64,000 nucleotides of DNA, from NCBI GenBank assembly GCA_028534125.1, contig CM052825.1, positions 868,001 to 932,000 of the forward strand. The letters run 5' to 3'. The position numbers and the translations under genes were made by a program. Shown one piece after another: positions 1 through 35,584 of this stretch. Origin of the DNA: Lama glama. Its lineage: Eukaryota. The notes below the pieces were generated by a model. That model ran no database searches, was not told the DNA's origin, and saw only the letters and a program-made list of their open reading frames with translations. The stretch's first letter is position 1; the number at the start of each line of letters is the position of its first letter.

Positions 1-689
1 AACAAACCCAGATCTAATATGTCACCCCAGCCTGACACCCTCAAAGGCTCCCTGGGGCCCTTAGGATTAAGTCCAAAATTCTTAACCCCGCCCCTAAGAT
101 GGACTGGGACCCCCCTGCCCGCTGTTCTGCCCCTGACGTCATGGCAGAGCCCAGCCAATCCCTAGGGCTCTGCCCTCCGACATCACACAGGGCCTGGCCA
201 ATCCCAGCGTCCGGCCCCCTAACGTCACACGGGGCCTGGTGCCTTCCCTTCTGCCCCGTTTTGGGCCCTGGACCAGGCTCCCAGTCTGCAACTCTGGCAG
301 CTTCAGCCTCGGCAGGGCAGGGTCACAGGTCCCAGCCCCCTCGTGGGGGTCACCTCGCTGGACGTCACTGGTTGTGGCTCAGGAAGGTCTCCCCACCCCC
401 AGGCTGGAGGCTGGGGGCCACCTGGGGAGAATGGCAGGCAGGTGTCATTCTCCCATTTCACAGATGGGGAAGGCCAGGCTGCACAGTAAATAGATGGGCG
501 GGCTGGAGTCCAGAGTCTGTCTCCTGGGCCAGCCTTCTCCATCTCGCTGCCCTCCCAGCCCGGTTTCCACCTGTGAAACAGCACAGGGGCCATGAGTCCA
601 GACCGCTGCCCAGCCCGGGTGGGAGAAACTGTCAGGACCTTGGGAGCTGGGCCCTGGCAGCTCCCCATCCTCGGGTGAAGGACACCAGA

Positions 690-1050
690 GTGATCACTCA
701 GTTCATCGACTGATGAATTCAGCAACATTGTGCCGACCGCCTCCTACATGCCAAGCCCTGGGGATACAGCAGTAACATGTGAGCTGGCAGGTCAAGTCCC
801 CCCTCGTGGGGCTTCTCTTCCGTGCGGGAGGCTGATACTAAACACGCAAGCATGGCGTGTTCTGGCTGGAGGAGGCTGTGTGTGGAGGATGGGAGGAGGG
901 AGAGGCCCCCCTGAAAACCTAGACCTCAGGGAGGTGAGGGAGCCAAGCAACTATTCCAGGAAAGATTCCAGGCAAGCAATAGCAGGTGCAAAGGCCCTGC
1001 AGCAGGAGCTCTCCTGCCCTGTTTGTCCTGGGCACCAGGTACGCCAAGTT
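690..1050 (-). mobile_element. L2 LINE 3' fragment (other L2-like relics near 1-110, 8390-8720, 34560-35290)
   Basis: attcagcaacatt..cctcctacatgccaagccctggggatacagcagt; aggtgcaaaggccctg. Confidence 0.6.
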
Positions 1051-1280
1051 GTCACCTTCAGTGGTTCTTCTGTTTTGGCCATTGTCCCCCCCCACCCCCC
1101 CACAGGACTGGCAGGGAAATGGGGGTCAGCGAGAGGGACAGGCCGACCAGCCAACAGTCTTCAGCCTAAGCAGCCCAACCCCCATTGCACCAAAGGGAAA
1201 CTGAGGCGCCAGACCCGGCGCAGACCCCTCAGGAGCTCCGAGCAAGCGCTCGGGTCCTGCCTCCCTGGCCAGGTGCGTGC

Positions 1281-1339
1281 AGGTAGGTAGGTAGGTGAGT
1301 GTGTGTGTGTGTGGTTGTGTGTGTATGCGCGTGTGTGTG
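1281..1339. repeat. Compound (AGGT)n(GT)n microsatellite
   Basis: aggtaggtaggtaggtgagtgtgtgtgtgtgtggttgtgtgtgt. Confidence 0.85.
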
Positions 1340-1636
1340 GCTTACCTGTGGGCGGCTGTCCCTGGGCACAGCAGCATGTCTCGGTGGAGGAACTTGGCCA
1401 GAGTACCAGTCAGGGCCTAAGGCCCTGTGCGGCCAGCTGGGCCCACCAACCGGGCTTCAAGAAAGGGAACCGAGGCCCGGAGTGGCCTGCCCCTCCTAAG
1501 GTGCTCCAGCGCAGCTGGGTCAGACAGTCCCCCATCTCCCTGCCCTGTCTCCCCAGCTTCGCGACAAACAGAAGCCTGGCCCGGGGGCTGCCTCCCACCC
1601 TGGGCTCGCCCTGCCACAGCCCCCAAGGAACAATTT

Positions 1637-1816
1637 NNNNNNNNNNNNNNNNNNNNNNNNNNNNNNNNNNNNNNNNNNNNNNNNNNNNNNNNNNNNNNNN
1701 NNNNNNNNNNNNNNNNNNNNNNNNNNNNNNNNNNNNNNNNNNNNNNNNNNNNNNNNNNNNNNNNNNNNNNNNNNNNNNNNNNNNNNNNNNNNNNNNNNNN
1801 NNNNNNNNNNNNNNNN
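1637..1816. other. Assembly gap (180 N)
   Basis: Run of N. Confidence 1.
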
Positions 1817-2016
1817 TGGTCTGGGAGCAGGCTCCCTTCCCTCCCTGGTCCCAGCCAAAGCATCCCCACCGCGACGTGGGTGCCCCTGGGGCCCGGCCCG
1901 TCCGACCCCCACGCCTGCCTGCATCCAGCCCAGTGGCCGCTGCCCCCGCCCCTGCCCACCCACTCCGGGGGCCCCAGGAGGCCTGAGGCCCCTGCAGGTC
2001 GGAGCCCAGGTACGTG

Positions 2017-2267
2017 NNNNNNNNNNNNNNNNNNNNNNNNNNNNNNNNNNNNNNNNNNNNNNNNNNNNNNNNNNNNNNNNNNNNNNNNNNNNNNNNNNNN
2101 NNNNNNNNNNNNNNNNNNNNNNNNNNNNNNNNNNNNNNNNNNNNNNNNNNNNNNNNNNNNNNNNNNNNNNNNNNNNNNNNNNNNNNNNNNNNNNNNNNNN
2201 NNNNNNNNNNNNNNNNNNNNNNNNNNNNNNNNNNNNNNNNNNNNNNNNNNNNNNNNNNNNNNNNNNN
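2017..2267. other. Assembly gap (251 N)
   Basis: Run of N. Confidence 1.
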
Positions 2268-4084
2268 CGGGGGTCCCCTGGGGGGCCCCCACTTCCAGGG
2301 GAGGGAGGCACACAGCCAGCCAGCCGGCTACCTGGCTGCTGCCTGGAGCCCCGCCAGGTGCTGCTGGCTGGTCCTCCCCTTCCTGCCCGAGGTAACAGCC
2401 ACCGCCCACACTGACACGGAGCCCCTGCCTGAGAGCTGGGCCCGGGGTCACTCGGAGGCCAGTGGAGCAAACCAGAGGGGGGCCCCCTCTGAGCCCCGCA
2501 TCGAAGCCCAAGCGGGGAAGCGGCCCTGGAGCTCCCCTCCTGCAGTGGGCAGATGGGAGGTAGGACTTCCTGGCCGGCGGGGGCGCAGCACGGGTCACCC
2601 CACATGGCAGAGAGCGACGGGAGACTGCGGGCAGGAGCGGGAGAGGACGGGTGGGTCTGTGCTCGAGACCCTCGCCATCGAGGCGCGGATAGCTTGAGAA
2701 GGGCTCCGCCTAGCACCCCCGTTAGCCTGCCCTCCCGAGGCCCCTGCAGCCGGCCCCCTGGGGGCAGGCAGACCCGATGCCAGGGGGAAAGGGAGCAGGT
2801 GAGCCCCTCCCCCCACCGCCCGCCCCCCGGGCCACACCCCGTGGGACCAGCCGACTGACAGCACCTTCCTCTTACAGAGCCGCCTGCACAGAGCACAGCA
2901 CGGGATGTGTCACTGTCACTGGTGTCCCCACTCTCCTGACGTGGAAGCCAGAGCCCTGCTCGAGGCCACACGGCAGACCCGATGCAGGCCTCACAGGAGG
3001 ATGGGCGCCCAGCCCAGGGCCACGCCGTCGCGGTTGGGACAGCAACTCTGCTCCCGCGCAGGCCCTGAGGGAGGGCGTGATTACCAGGTCAGGGCCAGGT
3101 CCTCACCGCCATGGGCTCGCAGTCTGGTCGGGCACACACAGGCAAAGGGAAGGGCCTGCACTGCGTCACCAGGCACCCATTAGGGAGCTCTACTTGGCGA
3201 TCAGAACACGCAAGTCAGGGGCTCCAACCATCCTGCCTTATTATCCCTCAGAATAAGAAGTCTACACGTAAGAAGGTTCTAGCTTGGCTAATTCAGGGCT
3301 CAGTGACAGCCACAGGACGTCAACAAAGACCCGGGAGCCTTCCCTGTTTCTGCCCTGCCAGTCTCTGCTTGGTGGCCATACTTTGCCTCATGGTCCCAAG
3401 CTGGCTGCTGTGGCACCGTGAGTCCCAAGTCCCACCACGGCACCCCACATCCCAGGTGGCATCCAGGAAAGATGGGGGTGGGGTCTCACGATCACACTGC
3501 TGTCTTAGTTGGAGGTCTGCAGGGAAACATGGGGAGCCGAGCTTTTCTCCTACTTCATTTCTGCCATTGGCGAGAGCCTCAGCTCAGACCATGAGAACTG
3601 GCTTTCTAGCCACAAGCTCCTTGGTGGAGCGCTTCGTCTGTTTAGGTCTGGCCTTAGGCAAAAGTGCTCTTTTAGCAAATGTGAAAGCTTCCCCCAGCTT
3701 TCAGGCTGGCTGCCTTCCACTCAAACTCACCCCTCTCGCTCATTAAGATTTACCAAAAGCCGCAAGAAGCAGTCGGTTAATACTGATATTCTGAATATCT
3801 CCCTACGATTTTCCCAGCCTTGATGAATTTGTGGTCTGGGAGCCACGGCCCCATAGGTCACAGCTGTGTCTGATTTTATGTGAGTTCATCCTAATGACCA
3901 CCAGCCTCCCACCCGGGGCACAGGGCCTCACTGCCCAGTGCCCCGCCCTCCCTCGGGCAAGTCCGCACTGGAGGGCCTGTTAGTGGTCGTGCCCCTACTC
4001 CCGGACATAAATTCTATGTCGTCAACAATATGAGAAAACCTGAGTAAAAGTGTAAACTAATAGGGAATTATTGCCCCATATGTA

Positions 4085-4484
4085 ACGTGTTGGGTGTTGC
4101 CCTCCAAACCCTCACACCCACCCAGAACCTCAACGTGGGGCCTTATTTGGAAACGGGGTCATTAGGGTGGGTCCTAATCCAATGTGACAGGTGTCCTTCT
4201 CAAAAGGAAGCATCTGGACACAGACACAGACCCGCAGCAGGGAGACGGCCGTGGGAGGAGGTGGCAGGGATGCAGCTGTGAGCCAAGGAACGCGAGGAGC
4301 GCGGGCGGCCACCGGAAGCCGGGAGAGGCCTGGACAGACTCTCCCCGCAGCCTTGGACGGAGCCAACCCCACCGACACCTTGACTTTACACTTCTAGCCT
4401 TCAGAACAGTGAGAAAGTTAATTTCTGTGTTTTTAAGCTACCAAGTTTGTGGCGTGCTGTTCCAGCAACCCTAGGAAATACACA
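4085..4484 (+). mobile_element. MLT1-family (ERVL-MaLR) solo LTR
   Basis: Hallmark motifs ccttatttggaaa, gggtgggtcctaatccaat, gacaccttgact..ttctagccttcagaac, aatttctgtgtttttaagc..ccaagtttgtgg, gcaaccctaggaaa. Confidence 0.85.
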
Positions 4485-5179
4485 CGCCGTGAGACACGGA
4501 GTCCAGAGGTAAGGAGGTTCTAGGACTGGTTCAGTCAGTGGGCCAATGATGTCATGAAAGATCCAGGTGTCTTCAATCCTCAACATATCAGCAATATCTG
4601 CCCTCATGGTCACAAAACGGCTGCTACAGCGCCATGCATCCAGGCAGGTCTGTTATCATCCAGCAAAACAGAGGGTGTGCCCTCCCGGTGCCTCCTTTAT
4701 AGAAGATGAGAATGGCCATGATTGGCTTGTGGGGGCCATCTTCCCTGAGACCACAGGAGGGCGCAGAGGGGGACATCCAAGCAAAATAGGGAAAGCCAGC
4801 AGTGCCTACCTTGAAGGCACCCAGGGCCCCGCCAGCGAGTGGCAGCAGGGATTGCAACAACCAGGCAGGAGGGGACTCTGTTGTGGAGACTGTGGGGGGG
4901 CAGAGGGTAGAAGCAGGTCCCCCGTGGGTGGCTGGGCAGCAGACCCTCAGCCCTGCACGCAGCGCCTCTTCTGAGCCGGCCTTGGGTTCTGGTCACCCTC
5001 GCCGCCTGAATGTGTGGCCTCTGGGCTCCCAGCGCCGTCACCCACACCTGCCCGAGGGAACCGCGCCGTCACTGGGGCGTCTCGGGCTCACGTCAGGACC
5101 CAGGTGGGCCCACGACCTCCTGAAGGTGCCGGAGCCGGCAGGGCGGGGCGATCTGGCCGCAAGCCTGCTGACTGCCCGC

Positions 5180-5565
5180 CGTGGGCTAAGTTGTGTCCCC
5201 CAGAAAGACACCCTGAAGTCCTAACCCCAAGCCTGTGCGCGTGGACGTGCCTGGAATCAGGGACTTAGCGGGTGGGGGTGGCTGTGAGCTCGCCCCGGTG
5301 AGTGTGGGCTGCCGCCCAGCGCCCCATGCCCTTCTGAGCAGAGGGGGGCTTGGACCCAGACGCACAGGGAGGAGGCGGCCATGTGAGGACAGAGGGGCAC
5401 GTGGAGCCGGGGAGGCAGGAAGGACTCCCCGCCCCGAAGCCCTTGGAGGGAGGCGGCCCTGCCGGCACCTTGACTCTGGCCTTCGGGCCCCCGGACCCAG
5501 GAGAGGAGAAAACTGTTGTTTCCTCGCCCAGTCTGGGATGCTTTGTTACGGCGGCCCCCGGACCC
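5180..5565 (+). mobile_element. MLT1-family solo LTR, GC-enriched
   Basis: gtgggctaagttgtgtccccc..gaagtcctaacccc; ggccatgtgaggacagagg; gccggcaccttgact; cccagtctgggatgctttgttacggc. Confidence 0.75.
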
Positions 5566-8500
5566 GCAGCGTCCCCAATATCCGTTCCTGCAGGACCCGG
5601 GCTGCAGCGGCCTCTGCAGAGGCCCGGTGTGGACGCCTCGCCCCAGAGCTGTGGCAGCTCGGCGTGGCTGCCCCACGCGAATCTGAGTAGCGAGCAGGCC
5701 ACATCGAGGGGCCCTGTGTGGGCTGGGGGTGATCAGAGCCTCCTCCATGCACGCGCTTCCCCCTCCCAGTTCACACCACGGCCAGAGCGGCCTCATCGCA
5801 GGGCTCCCCCAAGCCTCTCTCTGCTGCAGCCAGAATCTCCCTCCAGCCCCAGGGCCTCTGCACAGCTGCCGCCCCCGCCCGCCCCGCCCGCCCCGCCCCG
5901 CCCCATCCGCGTCTGGCTGACCCACTCACCCTGCTGGCCCCTCCGGGCCGTCCCCTCCCACGGAGCCCCTGCCCGGGACTGCAGCTCCCAGTACTTGCCG
6001 CCCGCAGCCCCCCAGGCAGGAGCTGGGCTCTGGTTTGTGGAGGTGCCCTGACCCCTTGCTGGACGGACGGACAAGACGTAACAGGACCAACCTCACACAG
6101 AACCTCCCCAATGAGAAGTTTCCCCCACGGAGCTGGGGGGTCCTGCAGGGTCGTGGGGAGACACCTGGGTGGGGGAGACGCCCAGGTGGCCTGGATCGGG
6201 GGCAGGGCTGCGGGATGGAGGGAAACTCAGATTCAGACACATTCTGAGAGACAGTGGACGACAGCAGTGTGGTCCCCCCAGTGGCGGTCCGGGGCAGAAG
6301 GACAGCAGAGCCGGCACAGCTGGACTCCCCAAGACTGGCAAGCAGGACGGCGATGAAGCACTTGAACGGTCAGCAGCCCCGGCTGACGGGGAGACGACAA
6401 GTCGCAGCTGCAAGGGCTGTGTGCATGATTCTGAGCTTTCCAGCAGTCGCGTTGAGGAGAAGGGGCACCGGGGAGGGGGCCGAAGCCTGGCTGGCAGAGC
6501 GCAGGCTTAGCGCGCACGGGTCCTGGGTGCGGCCCCGGCGCGTCCTCCAAGGCAAGTGAGTAAACAAGCCTGACTGCCCCCCTCAAAGGCGCAAAAACAA
6601 AAACGGTGACACCTACGCGGTTAGCTTTATTAGCATCGTACTGAGTCCAGTGCACATGCGATCTCTCCATTTCAAGGTGATCAGCACGAAATCCAGCCGC
6701 CGTTCCCTTTCCGTGGGCTCAGGTTTGGAAATCCCACATGTCTCGGTCTCTGTGGGTGCATCTTACTCGGGACTGGCCACGCCGCAGGCGGCTGAGAGCC
6801 ACCTGTGTTGTGCACGCTGTCCCCCGTCCATCAGGGCACCTGAACGGCCCCCTTCGGCGGACTGACAGGGAGGGGCTTGGTCGTAACTCAAAAGCTGCAG
6901 CAGAAAATGCTTTGTGCCCAGGAAGCCCAGCGGACCAGGTGTGGGTCCTCCAGGTCACACCTGCTGGATGCCCAGTGGGCCGGCCCTCTGACGGCCAGCT
7001 CCGCCTGCTTCCCTGTGCCCCGCTGGCCTTTAGGCTTGTCGATCCTGGTGCCACCAATTCCTGCATTTTCCCCTCTGCCCAAAATACAGCATTTGACAGC
7101 AAAAGCACCTCCATCCCACAAGGAGCCTCAGGTCCTGACCCCAGAGCTCCGTGCACACGGAGGGGGTGGGCCCAGCGCCGGGCACCCTGCCCCAGGGCCT
7201 GAGGCCTCTTCTCACCCATCCACTCACCTCTTTCCAGAAAGTTCTCCTCATAAATAAATGAGTCCAGATGACCCATATGGAAATACAATGATTAAGTTTT
7301 ACACAACCGTGTGAGAGCCAGCGGAAAGGTTTCAGCTTTTTAATTCAAGGAAAGAGGACTATGACGTCATCTCCACTTAAGGTGAGGCGTCCTCGAGACG
7401 GCGTTGCAGCGGGGTCACAGCCTCGCGCGCTCTGGGACGTGTCGGCGGCTGCCGGGGAAGGTGCGCGCACCGTGTTCTTTATTAACAATGTGATGGGCCG
7501 GTGCCCACGCCGTCCGTCTTCATCAGCGTCTCCGGCCCACCTGGGAGACCTGCTTAGTGCAGAACCAGCCTGGGACGGCAGGGCCGGGGGGGACATCTAG
7601 GTGGCCAGCAGCCCGGCTCTCGGGACCAGACACAGCCATCTGGACACGGGCCTCTGCTGAGGGGGCGGCCCAGGGTGCGAGGGCCCCAGGAGCCAGAGCT
7701 CCAGACTCGGAGGTGCGTGGGGGCCACAGCAGCCTCGGAGGAAGGTGGGGTCTGCAGCTCACACTTGGTAGGAGTGGAGGAGGCAGGTGGGGCCTCACCC
7801 CTGTGGCCTCACAATTATTTACAGCTGCTGGGGCCCTCACTCACACACTAATCCCCCACCCCTGCTCAGGGGCTGTCGGACAGGGGTGGCCAGAGGAGCC
7901 CACCTCTGACACTCGCAGGCCTCCCCATCCCTGGTGCACGGCCGGGACCCCGAACACCTTGCAGAGGTGCAGGCGTGAAGGCAGGTGGGAGCCGAGGCTG
8001 GGGACAGGGTCCCAGTGTCCCACAGACTTTGCTCCCTCTGGGCCTGGGAGGCAGGGCCACCAGCTCTGTGATGCACCCAAACCCCCTGAGGCCTCGAACC
8101 CCCGGCTGCAGCCCTCCTAGTCTCTCCCCTGCTCAGCTCAGGTACCAGGCTGGTGGCAGGGGCCGTCTGTGTGGCCCCCACGGGTGCTCTGCCCGTTGGA
8201 GCTCAGGAGCTCCGGGGCCTGACCCGCTGCAGGTCAGTGCCAGCTCGGGCTCAGGTTGCTCCTTCTCCGTAGGCCGGCGGACACCAAGCAACTCGCTCTC
8301 CCACTTCCCAGACAAAAAAACTGAGGCTCTGAAAGGCCGACCAAGAGGTCCAAAGTCCCAGCTTGAGATGCTGGCTTTGATCACGCACCCAACAAACCAC
8401 GTGCTGGGTGCTGTTCTGGGTGCTGGGGACACAGTGGTGCAAGAGACAGACCAGCTCCTTGACCCAGGGACCTAGATTCCAAAGGTGACTTCCAGGTGTT

Positions 8501-11146
8501 GAAAATGAGCCAGGGTGACGGGCAGAGTCAGGGGTTCATGGGAGCCTCCCCAGGAGGGCTCGGTTCAGTCAGCAGAGACCTGTTGGAGGAGCCAGCCTTG
8601 TGGAGGACAGGGCTCCGTGTGAAGGGGCTGCAAGTGCAAAGGCCCTGCGGTGTGTTGGCCCAGAGGCCAGGACATGCAGCAGAGGCAGCAATGGAAGGAG
8701 GCCAGCTTCCCTGGGAGTGGAAGGGCAGACGGAAGCCCCTGCTCCCCCGGGCCCAGCCAGGTCAATCCCCCCTCCCTCCTGCTGCAGCCACACCAGCCCA
8801 CTCCCCACCTTGGGTTCCCCTCAAAACTCCAGACCCTCTCTGTGGCCAGGCCTCAGTCTGAGGGCTGCTTCTGCCCTGAATGTGCTTCAGTTCAGGCTGC
8901 AGGCCCCGGACCCTCGTGGGCCAAGTGAGGGTGAGGGCGTGAGGGGTGCCATCCAGGGACTGGCCCTCCCATAACGTGTGCCCCCACGTCCGCTGATGGG
9001 GACACTGGTTCTTCTAGACCACATCTGGGGAAAGAAACGCCCTGACACATATCAAGCACCTCCTGTATGCACAGCCGGGATCTTGAAGCCCCGGGAGCCA
9101 TCGAGCGGAGGTGGGCTGGTGTCCGGCTGGGCCTCTCCCTTAGTGCTGTGCCCAGCTCCCATCTAGGGTGTGGGCCCCCTTCAGGGCTGTTGGGGGTCCC
9201 CTGGGGTGGGTGAGAACCAGGCTGACTCTCCTCCAAGTTGGGGGGCAGCAGTGAAGCCAGGCCCCACCTGTACCAAGGGGCCACCCCGGGTTCCCACGGC
9301 CCTCCTGCTCTGCCCGCTGGCTGAAGGGACGTTGCACCACCTGGAAGCTCCCGTGCCCCCGAGGACACCTTGTGAGTCCTGCCATGACGGGGGCATACAG
9401 GGCCTGCAGGCGCTGGGCCCCCGGCAGACAGCAAGGACACGCCGCCAGCGGCTCAGGGCCCAGGGGCTTGACCACTAGGTCTGTTACCCTGTGCCCCCCG
9501 GCACCCCCAGGGAGCAGCCGTGGAGGGGGCTCCCTCGCCCAGTGGGGACGCCTCTGAGGTGCGGGTCCCCAGCAGGAGCAGTCTGTTGCCCACGGCTGTA
9601 ACCAGCTGGACAGTGCACCCACTCTGGAATCTTCCCTGCCGCGTCTCAAAGACCCCACATACACCCCAAACACCAGGGGCTCCCAGGTCACGTGGCGGGA
9701 GCAGCCCTGGGAGTGCTGGAGGCAGGCCCCGGGGTGCAGTCTCAGGCCACATCTAACTTGCTGTGTGACTTCAGGGGATCACCTCCCCTCTCTGAGCCTC
9801 AGTTTTACTATCAGTACAACAGAGCTACCTCGCTGAATGGCCCTCCGCCGCCCCCTGGTGGTGAAGAGGCCACACTGCGGTGGGTCCCCAGCACATAAGC
9901 CTGGGAGGATGGCCTGGGTTGGGGGGTTCTCGGCCAGAGAGTCGGCAAACCAGTCCAGGCCGCCCTCCATGGCCCTCCTCCTAACACGCAGGTCCCACCT
10001 GGGGCCTCTGCTCAGACCGCCCATGGCGCCCAGCGCCCGAAGAACTGGCCAAGCTGTTCCACCTGGCCAACGCCCTGCACAGCCAGGCCCCACTGACAGC
10101 TCAGAGCTGCCCATCCCTCTCTGTCCGTGACCCCGCCCTCCAGCCCTGCCAGTGGGGGTCTCGCTGTGAGGGGAGGGCAAGCAGGAGGCCTCTGAGCTCC
10201 TCCACCATCGTTGCTGGGCTAGACACAACCACGTGACCCTATCGAGCCTCAAGGCAACCTGCAACCCATCAGCCACTAAAGGCTCAGAGAGGGCAGGGCC
10301 CTGGCCCAAGGCCACACAGCTGAGCAGCAGAGCCTCGACTGTGAACCCACCTCTGCACCAGGCAGCCGCCCTTTCTGTCCCAGGAATCTCCAGCTGAGAC
10401 CCTCCAACACCCCGTGAAGGCAGCGGGACACAGCGAGAGCTCAACGCACTCAGCCAGGGTCTCCCGGCTCCGTCCCTAACCCAGGGGGTCTTGGCTCCCC
10501 CGGACACCAGGTGGGGGAGTGTTGGTGCTTTGCCGTCGCCAGGGGTCCCTCGGGATCAACCTGATGGGCCCCACAGTGGCTGAGACAGCACTAGGAGTTA
10601 CAGCTATGGTATCCACCTCACGCAGTGGGGCTGGGGCCCAGAGGGGAGGTGACTCTGGGTCTCCTGGCAGCGGGGCGGGGAGCGCTGCACCAGGACTCGA
10701 GTCTGGGCTGCGAGGAGGCTCTGCTCGCCTTGGTCCTTCCCTGCACGACCGCGTCCCTCTCGTCAGAAGTTGGGAAGTGCGGCCAGCCCTGCTTCCTTGC
10801 TGGACACCAGGGGCTGAGCACATAAGGACCAAGAGCCCAGCTGGCCTCCGTCCAAGAGGTCAAGGTCACAGATCTTGACAGAGATCCCCATGTGAGGCCA
10901 ACACCACGTGCAGTTTGCAAGACCCACCCCTGGCCCCTGTAAGGTTCACGTCCAGCCTGTCCACGCAGCCAGGCCAGGCCTAGAATGCATGTCTCAGAGG
11001 CCCTGGCCAGGCCCAGAGGGTCGGTACCAGCTCAAGGCCACAGGCACGTGCACGACGGTGTGCAAGTGAGACACGGCTGAGATGTCTAGGCTGCCCAGCG
11101 GCACGTGGGCACAGGGAGAGGGAGCCCAGGCCACGTGGTCAGTTTC

Positions 11147-11152
11147 TTTATT
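11147..11152 (-). terminator. MICALL2 polyadenylation signal AATAAA
   Basis: tttatt on the + strand about 80 nt past the stop codon. Confidence 0.8.
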
Positions 11153-11232
11153 AAGGCCACCCAGACCCACCAGAGGAGACCCGCACTCCCACCCCCACCT
11201 GCAGGCCAGGGTCCTGCACCCCCACCAGGCAG

Positions 11233-33620
<22,388 letters not shown>

Positions 33621-35289
33621 CCTGAGACCCCTTGGGGGGAGTCCTGGTCTGTTTCCCAGTTTTCCACTTTGAGCATCAGTGACACAAGTAATTAAGGAAA
33701 AGGACCTCTTGGGGGATGTCAGTTAGGGGGCTGCTGCCCTCCACGTTCTTCTCGCAAAACCCTGTCCGTGGGCATGTGGACAACCAGCCAGAAACACACA
33801 CAGGCTCCAGAAACGAGAGGTGACCCCGCCCCCCTGAACCCTGGGGCGCAGGGCTTGTCCAGACACGGCTGCAGGCAGGAAGGAAAGTGTTTCGAAGAGA
33901 GGGCCCTGGCAGGGAGACAGGGTGGCTTCTCTGGGCCCGCCTGAAGGAGCAGAAAGGGTGTTCTAGCCTACAGCCAGCTCATGGCATCCCGGCTCTTTCT
34001 GGCAGCTGGCGCTGTGGTGGTGAGCTCCGCATCACAGGGGCAAGCCGGTGCTAGACAGGGAGCCCCGGGGGCCTGGGACTGTTTGCTGGCTGTGGCTGCT
34101 GCCCTGACCTGCTGGGGTTTCCCAGCAAGAGGACAAATGGCCGTTTCGGTTGGGCTGGTGGCTAGTCCCAGAACCAGGAAACAAGCCGGTTTTCCTGACC
34201 CCCAAGGCAGCGTTTAGGAGCGCTGGAAAAGCTGGTGAGGTAGGGGAATGCCATGGCCAAGAGGGTGGGGTGGGGGGGACGTCGCAGGGCTGGACGGGGG
34301 TACAAGAGGCTGGGGACCCACTTCCTGCAGAAGGAACAGGCGGAGGTGGTCGGAGCTCTGATTCTTTTAAGCTGCACTCTTGTCCCCACTGGTCCACATG
34401 GCCACCTCTGGGGACAGTGACTTTGAGGCTGCATTTGTGGTGGTCCTCCCATCAGCAATTCACACACAGCTTGTCCTTCTGTCAGCCCTGCTCCTCTTCA
34501 GGGCCCCCAAAGCAGCACACCCCCCATCTGCCACTTCGCCCTGCTGCTGCGCCTCCCATCCAGGCCACCGTCATTCTCCCCTGACCACTGGCCAGTTTCC
34601 CTCAGCTTCCTCCTGCCCTCTGGCCACCATACTCCACCCTTGTCCAGGAGCCAAGGGATTTTTCTAAAAGCTAGTCAGACAAGCCCTCCCCTGCTTGGCC
34701 TCTGCAGCACTCTGAGTGAAATCTGGGCCCCTTGGCACATCTGCTGCTCCTTGGCCCCACCCTCCCACACCTGCTCTGCTCCTTCCAGCCTCAGAACCTC
34801 TGCCCGCTGGTCCCCTGCCCTTAGCCACTCCTGGTCCTCTCAGCCCTTCAGCCAGCCCCACCCACAGCCGGACCACATGGTCCTGCCAGTTGCTGGGCCA
34901 CAAACCTGGGCAGGCTCCTTGCTGGCTGTCCTCTCACTGCCCACGTCCGGTCCAGCAGGAAGCTGACCACTGCCACCACCTCCACAGGCACCAGTTGGTG
35001 TGAGCCTAAATTTCTACAGGAATCTTCTAACTGTGCCTCTGCGTCTGCCTTGCCACCTACAGTCTATTCTCAACCCAAAATCTTTGATTGCAGGAGCCAG
35101 AACCTCCCCCCACTTCTCAAACCCCTCCTCCAGCCCCTCCCCACCTCACTCACAAGGAAAGTACTGTCCTTAAAATGGGCCATCCAACCTTTCCCCAGTC
35201 GTTATCTCTCCCACCTCCCCTCCTATGACTGCCCCTTGGACGTACTCATGTTCCTTCCCCAGGACCTTTGCACTCACTATTTTCTCTGC

Positions 35290-35584
35290 CTGGCCCAACA
35301 TTTCCAGCCTCCCTTGCAGGTACGTGGGGCTGCGTGGCTGAGTTCTGGCCAATGGAGGTGATATGTGCTCCTCTAGACTCACTATCTTCCCCGACCTGCT
35401 GGCTGGATGCAAATGACGGGCACCAGATAGAGGAGCTGGGGCACTGCAGCGTTAGGCAGAAGGCCACCGCTGACCAGGGATGTCCGTGTTGGCCTCTGGG
35501 TGACTGAGAAATAAATGTGCGCTGGGTTCAGTTGCTGGAACTTTGGGACCTGTTTGTTAGCACACTTTTACCCTGACTGATACA
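35290..35584 (+). mobile_element. Old MLT1 (H-K type) LTR fragment
   Basis: gagttctggccaatgg; gagaaataaa; tttgttagca; ccctgactgataca end motif. Confidence 0.55.

Noticed and set aside
1281-1339. Plus-strand stacked donors (CAG GTAG GTAG GTAG GTGAGT) followed by UG repeats, resembling a TDP-43-repressed cryptic exon
   Set aside because: No plus-strand gene or upstream acceptor supported; a compound microsatellite explains it.
1303-2971. Long ORFs of 227-483 aa on both strands
   Set aside because: They run through N gaps, have Pro/Gly/Ala/Arg-biased composition and show no recognisable domain.
6719-7288. 189-aa minus-strand ORF starting MYFHMGHLDSFIYEENFLER
   Set aside because: No recognisable homology, and the remainder is low-information GC-rich translation.
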